Below, piece after piece: positions 18,301-30,125 of a stretch of 64,000 bases of DNA. The notes under the pieces are model-generated. The model ran no database searches. It saw only the letters and a list, made by a program, of their open reading frames with translations, and was not told where the DNA came from. Source of the DNA: Fimbriosthenelais zetlandica. Its lineage: Eukaryota. Position 1 is the stretch's first letter; each line of letters starts with the position of its first letter. The stretch covers positions 37,572,001 to 37,636,000 of the forward strand of contig OZ365113.1 of NCBI GenBank assembly GCA_977030845.1, in the 5' to 3' direction. Both the position numbers and the translations under genes were made by a program.

Positions 18301-21300
18301 TACATTTCTCAAGGCCAGGGTGGCCGAGGCCGTGGGTACGTCAGGCATGCATGGCCCCTGAAAAACGTTTTAAAATACAGTGAAACCTCGCTTTTACGGT
18401 CATCTATGGTTCGAAGCATTTTCTGGTCCCTTTGCAGCTTTCCCAGCAGTCCAGTTTCCCCTTTTTCCGATCAGGGAAAAATCGGGGAATTGCACATGAT
18501 ATTAGGCTTAATTCAAGGTGAGCTAAAGTGGAAATAGGTCGAGATAATCATACTGGAAGTTTTTGAAAAGTATCATGAAAAAATCAGGGACTGTTATTCT
18601 GATGAAATGTTGGGAAATCTGCTTATGTGAGGTGACGGCTATGCAAGGTTTCACTGTATGCATGTTTGACTGACTGAAATACCAAGGGTTCTTCTGTATT
18701 GGAATTACTGACCTAATCATGCAAATTCTGCTGAAAAAGTGCCACACGATGACGGGAATATTACTATTGGAAGATAATGTTTCAAAGAAAATATTTTTCA
18801 GAGATGTTTTTTGTTAGGAAGTAGCCCTTGAATATAATGGTCTTGCGTTGAATATCCCCTGTTTTTATCCCGAGGTTTCTAAAGTTTCAGAAAACCTAGT
18901 GTTGACCACCAAACATTGTGTTACAGACTTTTTGAATCACGTTCTGGAGTTTGCAGAATCATTTGATAATTTCGGCCTTCAATTTTATTTTATTTCTTGG
19001 TTTTGGTTGATGATATGCTTCCCGTTAATCATGATAAATTAGTTCATAATCTTGCCGTCATCTACCTTATAGCATCTTGACCCCTTGTTGATTTTGACAG
19101 ATTCTTAACTTAGACTATAACCCATTATTAATTTAAAGGTATGCAAGTTTACAACAAATTACCTCAGTTAAGATTTTTTTCCCCAGATAAGATTTTTCAG
19201 CAATATTTTCTCCATTTTTAACTTCTTTTATCCATGACATAATCAGAAGGATCGAGAAGAATGTCATCGAATTTCTCAATTTTAAAAATGCAATTTTTGG
19301 ACACCTAACTTGCATCCCTGCATCTTTTACCTTAGCCAATCAATAATTATAGTAAATTAACGGCTGTTTTTTGGGTTGCTGTACAGGTGACTAACTACTT
19401 TGTAGCGGCAGGTATGTCATCTAAAGGGATCTCATGTGGACCAGGTGTAGGCCGACACCTGTCTGAGTGGATAATGTCGGGGGAGCGGGGCCTACCTGTA
19501 AATGTCATATCTCATGATATCCGTAGGTTCGTTGACATGCACAATAACCGCAACTTTCTACGAGAGAGAGTCACTGAATCTCTCGGTATGTCAACTTACA
19601 AGTCAAAATATTTTTTTTTCGTAGAGAAAGTACGATTTATTCAAATCTTGCTTTTGGGAATTTTTGGGACTGGGGGCTATCTCCGAAAAGATGTTGTCGT
19701 GGGTCAGAATTCATGATGTTTTGGTGTTTCCATCCTAATAATTGTGTTTAATAGGGGTTTTATTTGATTTATTCAAAGAAAATTTGTTACAATCTTGAAT
19801 GAAACATCTTTTCTGAGACGAGTAATAACCAGCGGGCAAGTTGATGTTTTTTGAAGTTCAAAATATTTCCATCCATCCTCTTTAAGTTGATCATTTTTGA
19901 GTAAAATGTAGGCCTTTTTTGGTACAGCTTTTTCGGGAAAAAATCGTCTTCTGAAAGTATCAACTTGTTCCAAAATTTTCACCCGTTAATGAATTGCATG
20001 AACCATGCTTTGTTTTCCCCACTGTAGCCTAGCCTTCCCAATTTTATCTTTTTATTTTTCACGAGAAATTTTTCTAACGTGGAAATGGCCCTTTTAAATT
20101 ATTTGTTTTAGTATGTCTTTAATCTATGGTCCTCGACAAGTTTGTGTCGGCTGTTGTACAGAATTTTGTTTTTAATCACATATATTTTAAGTTATTATTG
20201 TGATTCTTGTCTTTGTTAATCCAGAAAGTACTGAACTAAGTGACTGAATTCCGCCGATTATATTGAGAACAAAAATAACAATACGTCCATATAAGAATTT
20301 CCATTCTACAATTTTCGGTATCCAATATTCCAATATGTTTTTAAAATTCTCTTTGAAACCTACTTTTTTCCTGCGCGTGATTACAACATATTTCTCATTC
20401 CCTCTTAACCCCAATTAGATTCTCAATCCTTTTAAACCCTTTTCAGCTCAAAAACATCCACAATTCATCCACCTTTCTTCCCTAACCTAACATGTCTTTT
20501 CACTGGAGGCAAAGGCAGTTATTCAAATTAATTTTCAGCCAAGATATTTTACTAAAGTGGCAGTGGGAAACAGAAAAAAAGCAAAGACAAATTCAATGAT
20601 TACTTCAAAGTTTCTTTTCGTTTTCTGGCCAAAGCTGGATAATTACTATGTAGGTGCCGGCATGAATTCGCTTGGTATAACCATGGGACCTGGCATAGGT
20701 CGCCACATATCTGACTGGATAGTCAATGGGGAAGCCTCAACAAATTTGTGGTCCTATGATGTTCGTCGATTTGTTGATATGCATAACAACAACAAGTTCC
20801 TCCGCGATAGAGTTAGTGAAACTCTAGGTGGGTCCACAACTCATTTTCAGATCAAAATTTAACCTGTAAACTATATATTAGAAATATCCAATTATATCCA
20901 TTTGAAATTATTGGTTATACCTTTGTGATTCCATTTGGAATATAATACTTTAGAAACTATAAAATCTTTAGTGATGATAATGATGATGAATAACTGTTGA
21001 ATTTAGATAGAAAATCCTCTTGACTATAATAATCCATCTATTGGAATCATTCTTTGCCTGGCCTGGATTTGGTTTATCACTGCTTGATATGATTTAAAGC
21101 TCTATGTCTGAATGTCATCTTTATTTTACGCTTGCTCGTCCCTGTCCCCCCAGCTTTTCAGATCCTTTCCCGATCCACTTCAATAATACTACTTCTATTG
21201 TAGGTCGACAATATTTATAATAATATGTTCATCAATTTTTAAAAGACAAAATTATAACAGTATTAATATTTTGATATATTTAGAGTCTCATAAAAGCCCG

Positions 21301-24300
21301 GTAAACAGTTTAAACATATCGTAAATAAAAAAACAATTAACTTTTATAATTATTTAATATAATGTCAAGGAAGAATGTAATTGCAGAAAACATATTATTG
21401 GACAATATTCTGTTTGATATATCACAATTGGTGCTTCTTCCAATAGACACTAAACTTAAATTTTCAATACACCCGCTTAATATCATTATCATATAATCTA
21501 GTAATGCTGCACCATGTACATTTGCTTTTCTGTATGATTTCATTTAGTATCATTACCAGCCCTTGTTACTATATATCTTTTCATCTAGGTTGTGTGGCTA
21601 AGATACCTTTCTGGGATACCCAGACCGTAGATTTAACCACAGGCCGTAAGCTCCGTACGTCCCCCTTATATACACGAATGGAGAAAGACGCAGTGTTCGG
21701 CCAAACCATGGCCTACGAACGTCCCCTTTACTTTATGTCCAGTAAAGAAGGTTTTGAAGATGGTAATTATAATATAGGCAATTCCTTCACCCTGACCCCT
21801 GCATTGGCCTTAGTGATCAAGTTCCAGCATCTCTTTCAATTTCAGACTCTAGCTGTGGAATGGTTTCTATTAATGTTTGGTTCTATCCATGTTTTCTTGC
21901 CAGTCTTTTCATAAAGGTCCTTGGATGTTTTATTTTTTACAGTCGCATTTTGTGAATTTTGTTAAAATCATGTGGCCATCTAATCTAATCTTCTCAGGTA
22001 AAAATCTTCTCAAAGAAATCTTCTTAGGCATGTTTTGGAAAATTTCAATGGGCCATTCTGACCAGAGAAAAGATAGAAAATATCACAGAAAATTGTGGGA
22101 AAATGTGTATAAAAATCCAAAGATCTTTAAGAAAAGCTGGTGGTATTGTGTGCATATTGCTTTAGGTATTTAAGAGAAAGGCTTTAGTGTCCTGTAAGTT
22201 AGCTGCTAGTTAAAGCATACACACCACTACTCACTGTCAAAAGATGGGGGTGTAGCCAAATCTTCGGGAAGTTATAGGACTATATATATTAGTATATTTG
22301 TCTAGGGCAAATTAATGGTCAATTTAAGCAGACACATATATAAAAACGATCTGTATAAACCGTGTAGGGACAGTTAAGCAGGCTAAACCAGCGGACCCAG
22401 CAGCCCAGGGCTTCAGATCAGGTCGTAAACTCTGCACGTCGGCCCTGTACCCCCGGGAGGAGGCTGCGGGGGCTCAGTTTATACAGAATGCCCGCGGCCA
22501 TGAACGGTCAGCCTGGTTCATTCCCATCCCTGATGAAAATAGTCTGGAAGTTGAGGGTAAAATACTAATATTAAAAAAAACAGTGCCTTGGAGCTTTGAA
22601 ATGTAGGCTTGGAGCTATTGGGGTGTTTTATTTGGAGTTTTGAGAAGCAGAGGGCAGAACACCAGGTTTTAAGTATAAAATGTTACTAGATAAGATTAAA
22701 TAGTTTCTAAACATAAGTTGGCCTAAATAGCTTGGAAATTGAGGGTAAAATGGTAATATTTAAAAACCAAGTGCCTTGGAGCTTAGAACTGAAGGCTTGA
22801 AGCTATTTGGGGGTTTTGTTTGGAGTTTTGAGATGTAGAGGGCAGAACCCCAGGTTTTAAGTATAAAATTATATTAGATAATAAATAATTAATGATAAGT
22901 ATAGGCCTAAGATTTTTATATTTACTTTTGAGGAACATGGGCAGTTGGTGTGGATGCTTGGTCGCATGCAGCTGGTATATCTTTCATTGTGAAGCATGTC
23001 ATATGCATGCCCTTTCTATGCCATTTTGCACATGTTCTTTTTTTTGCCATGATACCTTTCCTTTTCCCCCGATCATCCTCCCGAAAATTCCTTTCATTTT
23101 CCCCTGCAATGCAAGACTTAATCGCCAGTGCCTAAAAGCTTTGTGATGCTTTCATGAAGAAAGAAAAATGCAAGTGTATGATGAGATTCTAATTTTCAAT
23201 TTAACCCTGTTTTGTCATGTGACCGCGGTGCAGGAATACATAGTAAGGCGGACCCACAGTTGGAGTTTAAGTCTTGTCGCAAAGTGTGTACCAGTATCCT
23301 CTACCCCCGGGAGGAGGAAGCCGGGGGGAAGTTCGTCCTCACCCCACAAGGCTTTGAGCGGGCTGCCTGGTTTAACCCCCCCGCAGACGAACGTCTAGAT
23401 CCTGGTAAAATAAAATCATCAAATTTGAGGAAAATTTATATCAAGGAATGATAAAAATACTTTGAATTGAGAATAATATGCAATAAGGCAACTTGGCATT
23501 CAATGAGTCTTGTACTATTCGGGGTTGGATTTGTTTATTTTAGGTCATTAGGTCGTAATATTTTTGGATTTTGTTTTACTTTTTAGTTGGTTTCAATGTA
23601 ATTTCTACTATATTTCCGCCTGAAAAGAAAAGAGAGTCGACACTGGGAATTTAAATTTCTGGATATCAGAAAAACCTGTCTTCATATCCTCTTGAAAATC
23701 TTTCTGTAGAAAAAGTATAAATGTTAAAACGGATGAAACAAAATTTCTTTTGGAATTAGAAGATCCCCGAATAGTGTAAGTACTTGGTTAGTTATTACCA
23801 CTCTATCCTCTATTACAATATAGAGCAATGTTTTACCTTGGTTTTGCCTTATATCGTCTCTTCCCCAAGTGACTCGGATTTCTAAATTTTCATTCCAATT
23901 TTCTGACTATTTTACACTTTTCCTTTTAAGTTTTACAATGTTACATTGGAAAAAAATATTGTTTGTGAACAGCATGTTCTGCATGTACTGTACATAGACT
24001 TCTGACTTTAATTAAGGGTTCTGGAATTATTTAGTGACTATTCTAGCACCCATGTTTGCTGCCATGTAAGAAATGAATGCATGGAGTTTACACCTCTTCT
24101 CTTTATCACTTTATCACTTTCTTCATTTCAATAACTTCCTACAAGATTATTTTCAGTGTTGGTATTATGCTTCAGTAAGGGAAGTAGTTTTTTGCCTTCT
24201 GTTCTATATGCTGCCTTCACTCTCTCATCTTTCATATTTTAACTGAAATTTTGCAGACTACGACTTTGCTATTATTTAATCAATAAGTCATAAGATCTAT

Positions 24301-27300
24301 TTCTCCAATTAAATGATTCATATTTCCGTAACATTGTCCTAAGTTGCTCTTTTCGAGATGAGGCTTTTGTCTATAGAAATGCTGTTTAATAATTATAAAT
24401 AATCGTGAAAAGAAATGGACATATCATTAATGGAATTTAAAAAGAATTTTAAGTATTTATCAGTCAATCAAAACTTCTAACCCAAAAGAGTAGACTCAGA
24501 ATGAATTTGGAAAATATTTGTCTCTGGCAAATCGTGCCTCCATTGTCTCTTACTGAAATCAACAATTTGTATTTCTTAATGACATTTATTTCTTAATTCC
24601 CCCTAGCTATACTGTGTAACCTTTGTCTTATAGATGCCTATTTGGACACTGAGATGCCGTCTCAAGGCTCGTTTGGTAGACCGGTTTGGTTTGATAGAGT
24701 CAAGTCTGAATACTGGGCCTGCAGAGAGGGAGTCTGCCTCATAGACATGTCCACCTTCACCAAGTTTGAACTCAGGGTAATATTTAAATTCTCATCTACT
24801 ATCTTCAATTGACTCTCCCTATTCTGGTCACCCAGGGTTTTGAGTAACTGACCGTTGTGCAGATCTGACCACTTTAGGGACAATAACTGAAGGAAAACTG
24901 ACCATAATTGCGGTCTGACCACTTAAGACGTGACCACTAAGGGAAAGTGGACTGTAGAATGATAGTACAGAATCCTATTCCCGATTTGAATCTATTAATA
25001 TATTCACTTTGACAGAGACTATGTTTGGATTTAGTAATGAAGTATTTATCTTCTAATTCAGTCCGCGGGTTCGGAGGTTACAGATTTCCTACAGACCGTG
25101 TGCTCTAATGATATAGATAAACCTATAGGCATGGTCATACACACGGGTATGCAGAACCACCATGGTGGATATGAAAATGACTGCAGTATTGTACGTCTAG
25201 CAGATAACCAGTAAGTTTACATCTATGAAATCCTGCATGTTCTATTTACGGTCATTTCATTCTTCACATTCTTTTAACGGTCATTTACATCCAAGGAATG
25301 TAAATCATAAGTGAAAAATTGTGATAATGTTGTGGAAACTATAGCAAGATCTATTCCTTCCTTAACATTTTATTATGCTTTACTACTGTGACTTTGCTTG
25401 CGACACTACTGCGACAAAGGTGATGTGTCGCAATAAAATTCATTTATAATTGCGGTTAAAGTGTCCAAGGCCATCCTCCATTGGTAGATTTCTCATTGCG
25501 ACACAAGCATTATAAGGAAAATGGCAGCCGTGGAGTCCCTGCTATAGCCTGACCTGTTGTTTTTCAGCTATTTCATGATCGGACCCACGGCCCAGCAGAC
25601 GCGAGCCTACGCCTGGCTACGGGACCATCTACCACAGGACGGGTCCGTGCAGCTGACTGACGTGACGTCTATGTATACAGCTATTAATGTGATAGGTCCT
25701 AAAGCACAGGAACTACTGTCAGAACTCACCGACACATCCCTCAATAAACAAGACTTCTTCAGTATGACATGCAAGGTGAGTAACCCTGTCTGACTGTATG
25801 AAAAATCAGGGAAACCTCAGGGAATTTCAACACTGACTCAGGAGGATAATCTTTCAGAGGTTGACGCATACAATCCCATGCCCATCACTGAAATTTAGAA
25901 TGCTCCATACGACTAAAATATCTCCTGGGATTTAAGGGCTTACTCAGGGAAAAATCAGGGAAAGCTCGGGCAATTCTGTTTTCATGAACTGCTGGGAACC
26001 CTGAACCAAACGTTCAGTATAAGGGGATGGTTCAGATTTCTAGAAACTTTCGCATAAGGCCTCATGAGGCTTCGTAAGGTCTCGTAAGGAGGCTTCGTAA
26101 GTTCTCCAGGTTCTTACGAGCCCCTTTTGAAATAAAATGAACTCGGCAGTGAGGTATATTATCTTTCATTAACAGGTGATTGATGTGGGACAAGCTAGTG
26201 GTGTTAAAGCCATGAGGCTGACACATTCAGGGGAGGACGGTTGGTGTCTCTATATCCCTTCTGAGGTAGGTTACATGTATATTTTTTAATCGATATTTAT
26301 TGATAATCTTATTTACAATACTGCATCCCCGTACTTCTCACGAAATATTTAAGTTAAGCCACCATGATCCTCTCAGTTAATGGTAGTAAATTTAATCATA
26401 CATTACAATGATACATTCATTTACAATGATGTAAATTGGTCGCGCGGCCCTAAGAATGGACGCGCAGCCCTTAAAATGGACGCGCGGCCATTACATTGGA
26501 CGCGCGGACCTTAGAATGGACGCGCGGACCTTAGAATGGACGCGCTGCCCTTAGAATGGACGCGCTGCACCTAGAATGGACGCGCGGACCTTAGAATGGA
26601 CGAGCGGCGCTTATAGTGGACGCGCTGCCGTTAGAGTGGACGCGCGGCCCTTAGAGTGGACGCGCTGCCCCTAGAATTGACGCGCAGACCTTAGAATGGA
26701 CGCGCGGACCTTAGAATGGACGCGCGGACCTTAGAATGGACGCGCTGCCCTTAGAATGGACGCGCGGACCTTACATTGGACAACTTGCTGTTGACTATAA
26801 CTGTGAATGTCTTATCGTTTCAGTACGCCCTACATGTATATGACAGTTTGATGTCGGTGGGTAAGGACTTTGGTGTACGTAATGCTGGTTACTATGCTCT
26901 CCGTGCACTGAGAACTGAGAAGTTCTTCGCCTACTGGGGCACGGACCTGACGCCCCATACCACACCCATGGAATGCGGCCGCGAGTACCGGGTTAAATTT
27001 GATGTAAGTTTTTATTTTATTTCTTACAGTCCACATTAGTTGATGACAGGGCTCCGAGCCATTCTGGATAAATCAGGGGGAAAGTTTTCACCTTTTTGAG
27101 TCATTAATTCAAGGAATTTAGAGAAATTTATAAAATTAGGTCGGGGTCCAGATAATCACCCTGGAATTTTAAAAGATCATCAGGAAAACGTCAGAGAATT
27201 TTGTTTCCGCGAAATGCTGGGAACCCTGTATTATAAATAAATAATTTTAAAAGAGTGTTATTTGTGTATGGGGAGGTTCAGTTCAAAAATCACCTAAATC

Positions 27301-27740
27301 TTTATACGATATCAAATCACACGTTATTGAATATTTTACAGGTTGGAAACTTCATCGGGCACGGTGCCTTGCTGCAGCAGAAGAACAACGGAATCAAGAA
27401 ACGCCTCGTCCAACTACTGCTGGAGAACCACAGTGTAGACAGCGACCCCTGGCCATGGGGCGGTGAACCCGTCTACAGAAACGGCAAGTTCGTGGGCACG
27501 GCTACGTCTACAGCTTACGGCTTCACGTTAGACCGCCAAGTGGTGCTAGCTTACGTATCAGACATTGATGAAACGACGGGGGAAGCCCGGTACATTACCA
27601 CTGACTTTATACTGAAGAACGCCCGGTATGAAGTGGATATAGCTGGAGAGAGATTCCCCGCTAAAGTGAACATGTACCCGCCCACACTGGCTCCAGCTGC
27701 TATAGTCATAGATACACCACAAGCTAAAGTAGCTTCATAG
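12354..27740 (+). CDS. PDPR: Pyruvate dehydrogenase phosphatase regulatory subunit, mitochondrial (GcvT-family flavoprotein related to DMGDH/SARDH), ~888 aa, with three alternative-exon clusters
   Basis: Exons 12354-12497, 12854-12948, ex3 (13355-13485 or 14944-15077), 15952-16033, 16259-16340, 16447-16528, 16681-16802, 16935-17049, 17281-17433, 17816-17940, ex11 (18143-18335, 19387-19585 or 20635-20827), ex12 (21589-21762, 22368-22556 or 23234-23404), 24634-24776, 25062-25210, 25568-25775, 26176-26265, 26824-27003, 27342-27740. GT-AG throughout, phases consistent. PDPR-like strings: [85 protein letters not shown]. The N-terminus is an Arg-rich presequence. Confidence 0.92.
13355..13485 (+). 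CDS. PDPR: PDPR exon 3a
   Basis: 131 nt, tttcag acceptor, G/gtcaa donor, phase 2->1. Encodes [43 protein letters not shown]. Confidence 0.88.
13889..14190. mobile_element. Degenerate non-autonomous DNA element, hAT-type ends (CAGGGTTCCCACGG...CCGTGGGAACAC)
   Basis: Terminal inverted match cagggttcccacgg / ccgtgggaacaccg. Related ends (tgggaaccctg) occur at ~25800-26004 and 27047-27228. No TSD was recognised. Confidence 0.55.
14944..15077 (+). CDS. PDPR: PDPR exon 3b (alternative paralogous exon)
   Basis: 134 nt, tttctag acceptor, G/gtgatc donor, phase 2->1, open. Encodes [44 protein letters not shown]. Confidence 0.82.
17456..17635. mobile_element. MITE with ~22-bp TIRs (ctccactgctgcgattttgctt / aagcaaaatcgcaacagtggag)
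   Basis: The TIRs match at 21 of 22 positions. Decayed copies of the same family lie in the opposite orientation at ~25384-25535 and ~41950-42120 (shared actgcga(c/t)aaaggtgatg). Confidence 0.75.
18143..18335 (+). CDS. PDPR: PDPR exon 11a
   Basis: 193 nt, tttcag/GTG ... G/gtacgt, phase 0->1. Encodes [64 protein letters not shown]. Confidence 0.87.
19387..19585 (+). CDS. PDPR: PDPR exon 11b
   Basis: 199 nt, gtacag/GTG ... G/gtatgt, phase 0->1. Encodes [66 protein letters not shown]. Confidence 0.87.
20635..20827 (+). CDS. PDPR: PDPR exon 11c
   Basis: 193 nt, ccaaag/CTG ... G/gtgggt, phase 0->1. Encodes [64 protein letters not shown]. Confidence 0.87.
21589..21762 (+). CDS. PDPR: PDPR exon 12a (most canonical variant)
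   Basis: 174 nt, catctag acceptor, G/gtaatt donor, phase 1->1. Encodes [57 protein letters not shown]. Confidence 0.85.
22368..22556 (+). CDS. PDPR: PDPR exon 12b (not visible in the supplied ORF track)
   Basis: 189 nt, gtgtag acceptor, G/gtaaaa donor, phase 1->1, open. Encodes [62 protein letters not shown]. Confidence 0.78.
22545..22885 (+). repeat. Diverged ~187-bp tandem duplication starting at the exon 12b donor
   Basis: ggaagttgagggtaaaatactaat...gagggcagaacaccaggttttaagtataaaat recurs from ~22733 as ggaaattgagggtaaaatggtaat...gagggcagaaccccaggttttaagtataaaat. Confidence 0.8.
23234..23404 (+). CDS. PDPR: PDPR exon 12c
   Basis: 171 nt, gtgcag acceptor, G/gtaaaa donor, phase 1->1, open. 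Encodes [56 protein letters not shown]. Confidence 0.8.
26437..26780 (+). repeat. 20-bp minisatellite (consensus TTAGAATGGACGCGCGGACC), ~17 units, in PDPR intron 16
   Basis: The GGACGCGC core recurs every 20 bp from ~26438 to 26758. Confidence 0.95.
27047..27228. mobile_element. hAT-type MITE copy (cagggctcc ... tgctgggaaccctg)
   Basis: Imperfect TIRs. Internal similarity to 25800-26004 (aaatcaggg..., tgctgggaaccctg). Confidence 0.5.
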
Positions 27741-29904
27741 ACCTCTCTTACGTTCTAAAGCCTGGAATACACTAATCCCATTCTCCAAACCGTCCCCATC
27801 CGATCCCACATTTCAAATGACATCCAATAAATTTGTTACTGGTTAGCCTTACCTAGGTGTAAAGGTCTGTTCAAATTACAAACATTTGGTGTGAATAGAA
27901 ATATAGTTTCTGACAGCTATCGGATGGCGCTGGATAGATAATTGGATTAGTGTGCTCCAGGCTTTACTGATGTTGTGATAGGAAGGTGCGGGAACGATTG
28001 TGTATCATAATTCATGGGGACTAGCATGTATAAGTGTAGATAGAACTGAACGAGGACAGGTCTTTATTGTATTTTCCTAGACCAAATACTGGTCATATGT
28101 CCCGGCCAACTGTATATTTTCTGCATATAAATCAGGTTCCATGGTCCCAAGGTCCCAAGTTAAAGGTCCTTAGATTTCTGTCGATGCAGACTCTGGGAAC
28201 CATAGATGGACAGGTTTTTAATTGAGCTGGGAACACTGCTGTGTTGGATTGTATTATTTTGTATAGTCTTGATTTCAACAAATTTATATACTATGTAATT
28301 TACTAAAAGGGTCTTGAGTGGAATAATGTACTATACTAAAGAAGGTTTGATTTGAGTATAGATCAATGAAAGTCATCAATATACTGCATTATTGTGAACT
28401 ACAGGATAGAGAAGAATGGTGAATTATTTATTGATATATTACTATCTCGATCTTTTAAAACAATTTGGGTCAGTGTAACTAATATAAAATTACCGAATGT
28501 CTGAAAACCTAAGAGAAGCCTTCAGGATAATAACACAAATTATGTGAATTGATTGAAAGATAATGTAGGTGAAGAGAGGAATGGTCTCCAAATGATTTAA
28601 TCTTTAAAACCAATGAAATGATTTAAAATATTATTTATCATTTGAGTAAAGTGACTACATTTCAGTATTCTCAAGGGTTTAGATTAATAACCTTATTAGT
28701 TATCATTTATTAGGTGCATGAGAAAATGAACAAATTGAAATAGCTAACACATTATTCTCTTCTCAAGAGAATGTTATCAAGTTTACGCTCAATGGCTTAA
28801 ATACCTTTATCTTCCAAAGTTATATATTGTAACAGTTATTACCGTATTTGCTGCAGTACAAGCCGCGAATGTCAACCAATGACTGTAATAAACGGTGATT
28901 GTAATTCACCATCTCCATGTTGAGTGTTTAGGAGTCTCTGTCCTCGATTTAAACCAGCCACGGGCTCCTCAATCTGTAAACAAAATCATCTAAAATCACT
29001 TAAAAAGCAATGGTAGAAAATAGAAAAAATTGTCTCAGGTAAATTTGGTGGATATATATAATTAAAACGAGTAAGGCAACAGTTCATTAGAGCAACTAAA
29101 TATCATATCTTCTCTGAGAAAATAAATCCTAACTTCATGTATTGCAAGTCTCATCTGGATCGACCACTGAAGCAGTTATACAATATGGTGAATTATCATT
29201 AATTACTGGATAAATCTGATAAAAGTCAATTAATTTTGCCACATATCTATACCTGTATATAGTAGTAATGTCTATAATATGTATAAATCAGTATTGTATA
29301 ATTCCAGCCTCCAGGTACGCCGACTAAACAGAATGTAGAGAAGGCAAGCACTGAGTGACCACAGCTGACCACCACCACACACTGCCACTGACCAGCGGAG
29401 GACATGTACCTGCCCCCTCCTACTCCTTCTAATCTCCTTTATGGACTCTTATCTCCTTCATGTCTGGATAATAAAGGCTGGAAAACACATAAATCCATTG
29501 ATGTGGCCAAACGTATCTCCTTTTTCCATCTTGTTCAGCCAACCGTCCGGCATATATGAGTAAACAGTAAAGCTATTATGGTCTTCATGCTTCATTGCGC
29601 AGCTGCCCAGGCCAGGCGCTCGCATACTTCCGCCTCTCACGACTGAAATCAAGCCAAACATGAAATAGAGGAGGGTGCATTTTTCGTCGGACAAGGACTT
29701 GGCGCAATCTGTGTCACGACTCTGATTTCTAAAATCTTTAATATCTCGGCAACCACTTGGTATTTTTTCATAATTCAAAATGAAAAATCTTAGTTGGGAA
29801 ATTGTCTAATGGGTGGCATAGGTAATAAATGTGGAAACTGCTTCTAAAAATTTCGATTTTCAAAAATGAGGCATTTTTCAAGGTGTCCAGATCCATGAGT
29901 CCGA

Positions 29905-30125
29905 ATCTAAGCCAAGTCCGTGGTGAAAGCTGAATTGCTGGCACAGTGGCGCCCTCATGTGGTGGGTGAAGGTATGACGTCCGCTAGCTTGTATGTAGCC
30001 TGTATAACAAGCCTTGTCTTTAGTAGGCCTATACTATTCTTGTCCAAGCCAAGTCCGTCGTGAAAGCTAAATTGCTGGCAAAGTGGCGCCCTCAGGTGGT
30101 GGGCGAAGGTATGACGTCCGCTTAG
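29905..30125 (+). repeat. Tandem ~135-bp-period duplication (aagccaagtccgt..gaaagct..aattgctggc..agtggcgccctca..gaaggtatgacgtccgct)
   Basis: Two near-identical ~75-bp blocks start at ~29909 and ~30046. Confidence 0.8.

Noticed and set aside
20466-20476. Docking site complementary to the exon 11a acceptor (atccacct / aggtggat)
   Set aside because: An 8-nt match is expected by chance in this much sequence. It needs comparative evidence.
18143-20827. Exon 11a/b/c as pieces of separate PDPR paralog genes or pseudogenes
   Set aside because: All flanking exons are single-copy, and the three copies share phase and intact splice sites within one gene. Alternative exons is the simpler reading.
26437-26780. 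CRISPR-like array
   Set aside because: Contiguous 20-bp units with no unique spacers, inside a eukaryotic intron. It is a minisatellite.
29400-29470. Clustered AAGGAG Shine-Dalgarno-like motifs on the minus strand
   Set aside because: Purine-rich low complexity in a eukaryotic context, with no bacterial-type ORF downstream.
29458-29778. 106-aa minus-strand ORF as a protein-coding gene
   Set aside because: It has a non-ATG start in the track, its 5' part overlaps U/X-related repeat sequence, and no motif was recognisable.
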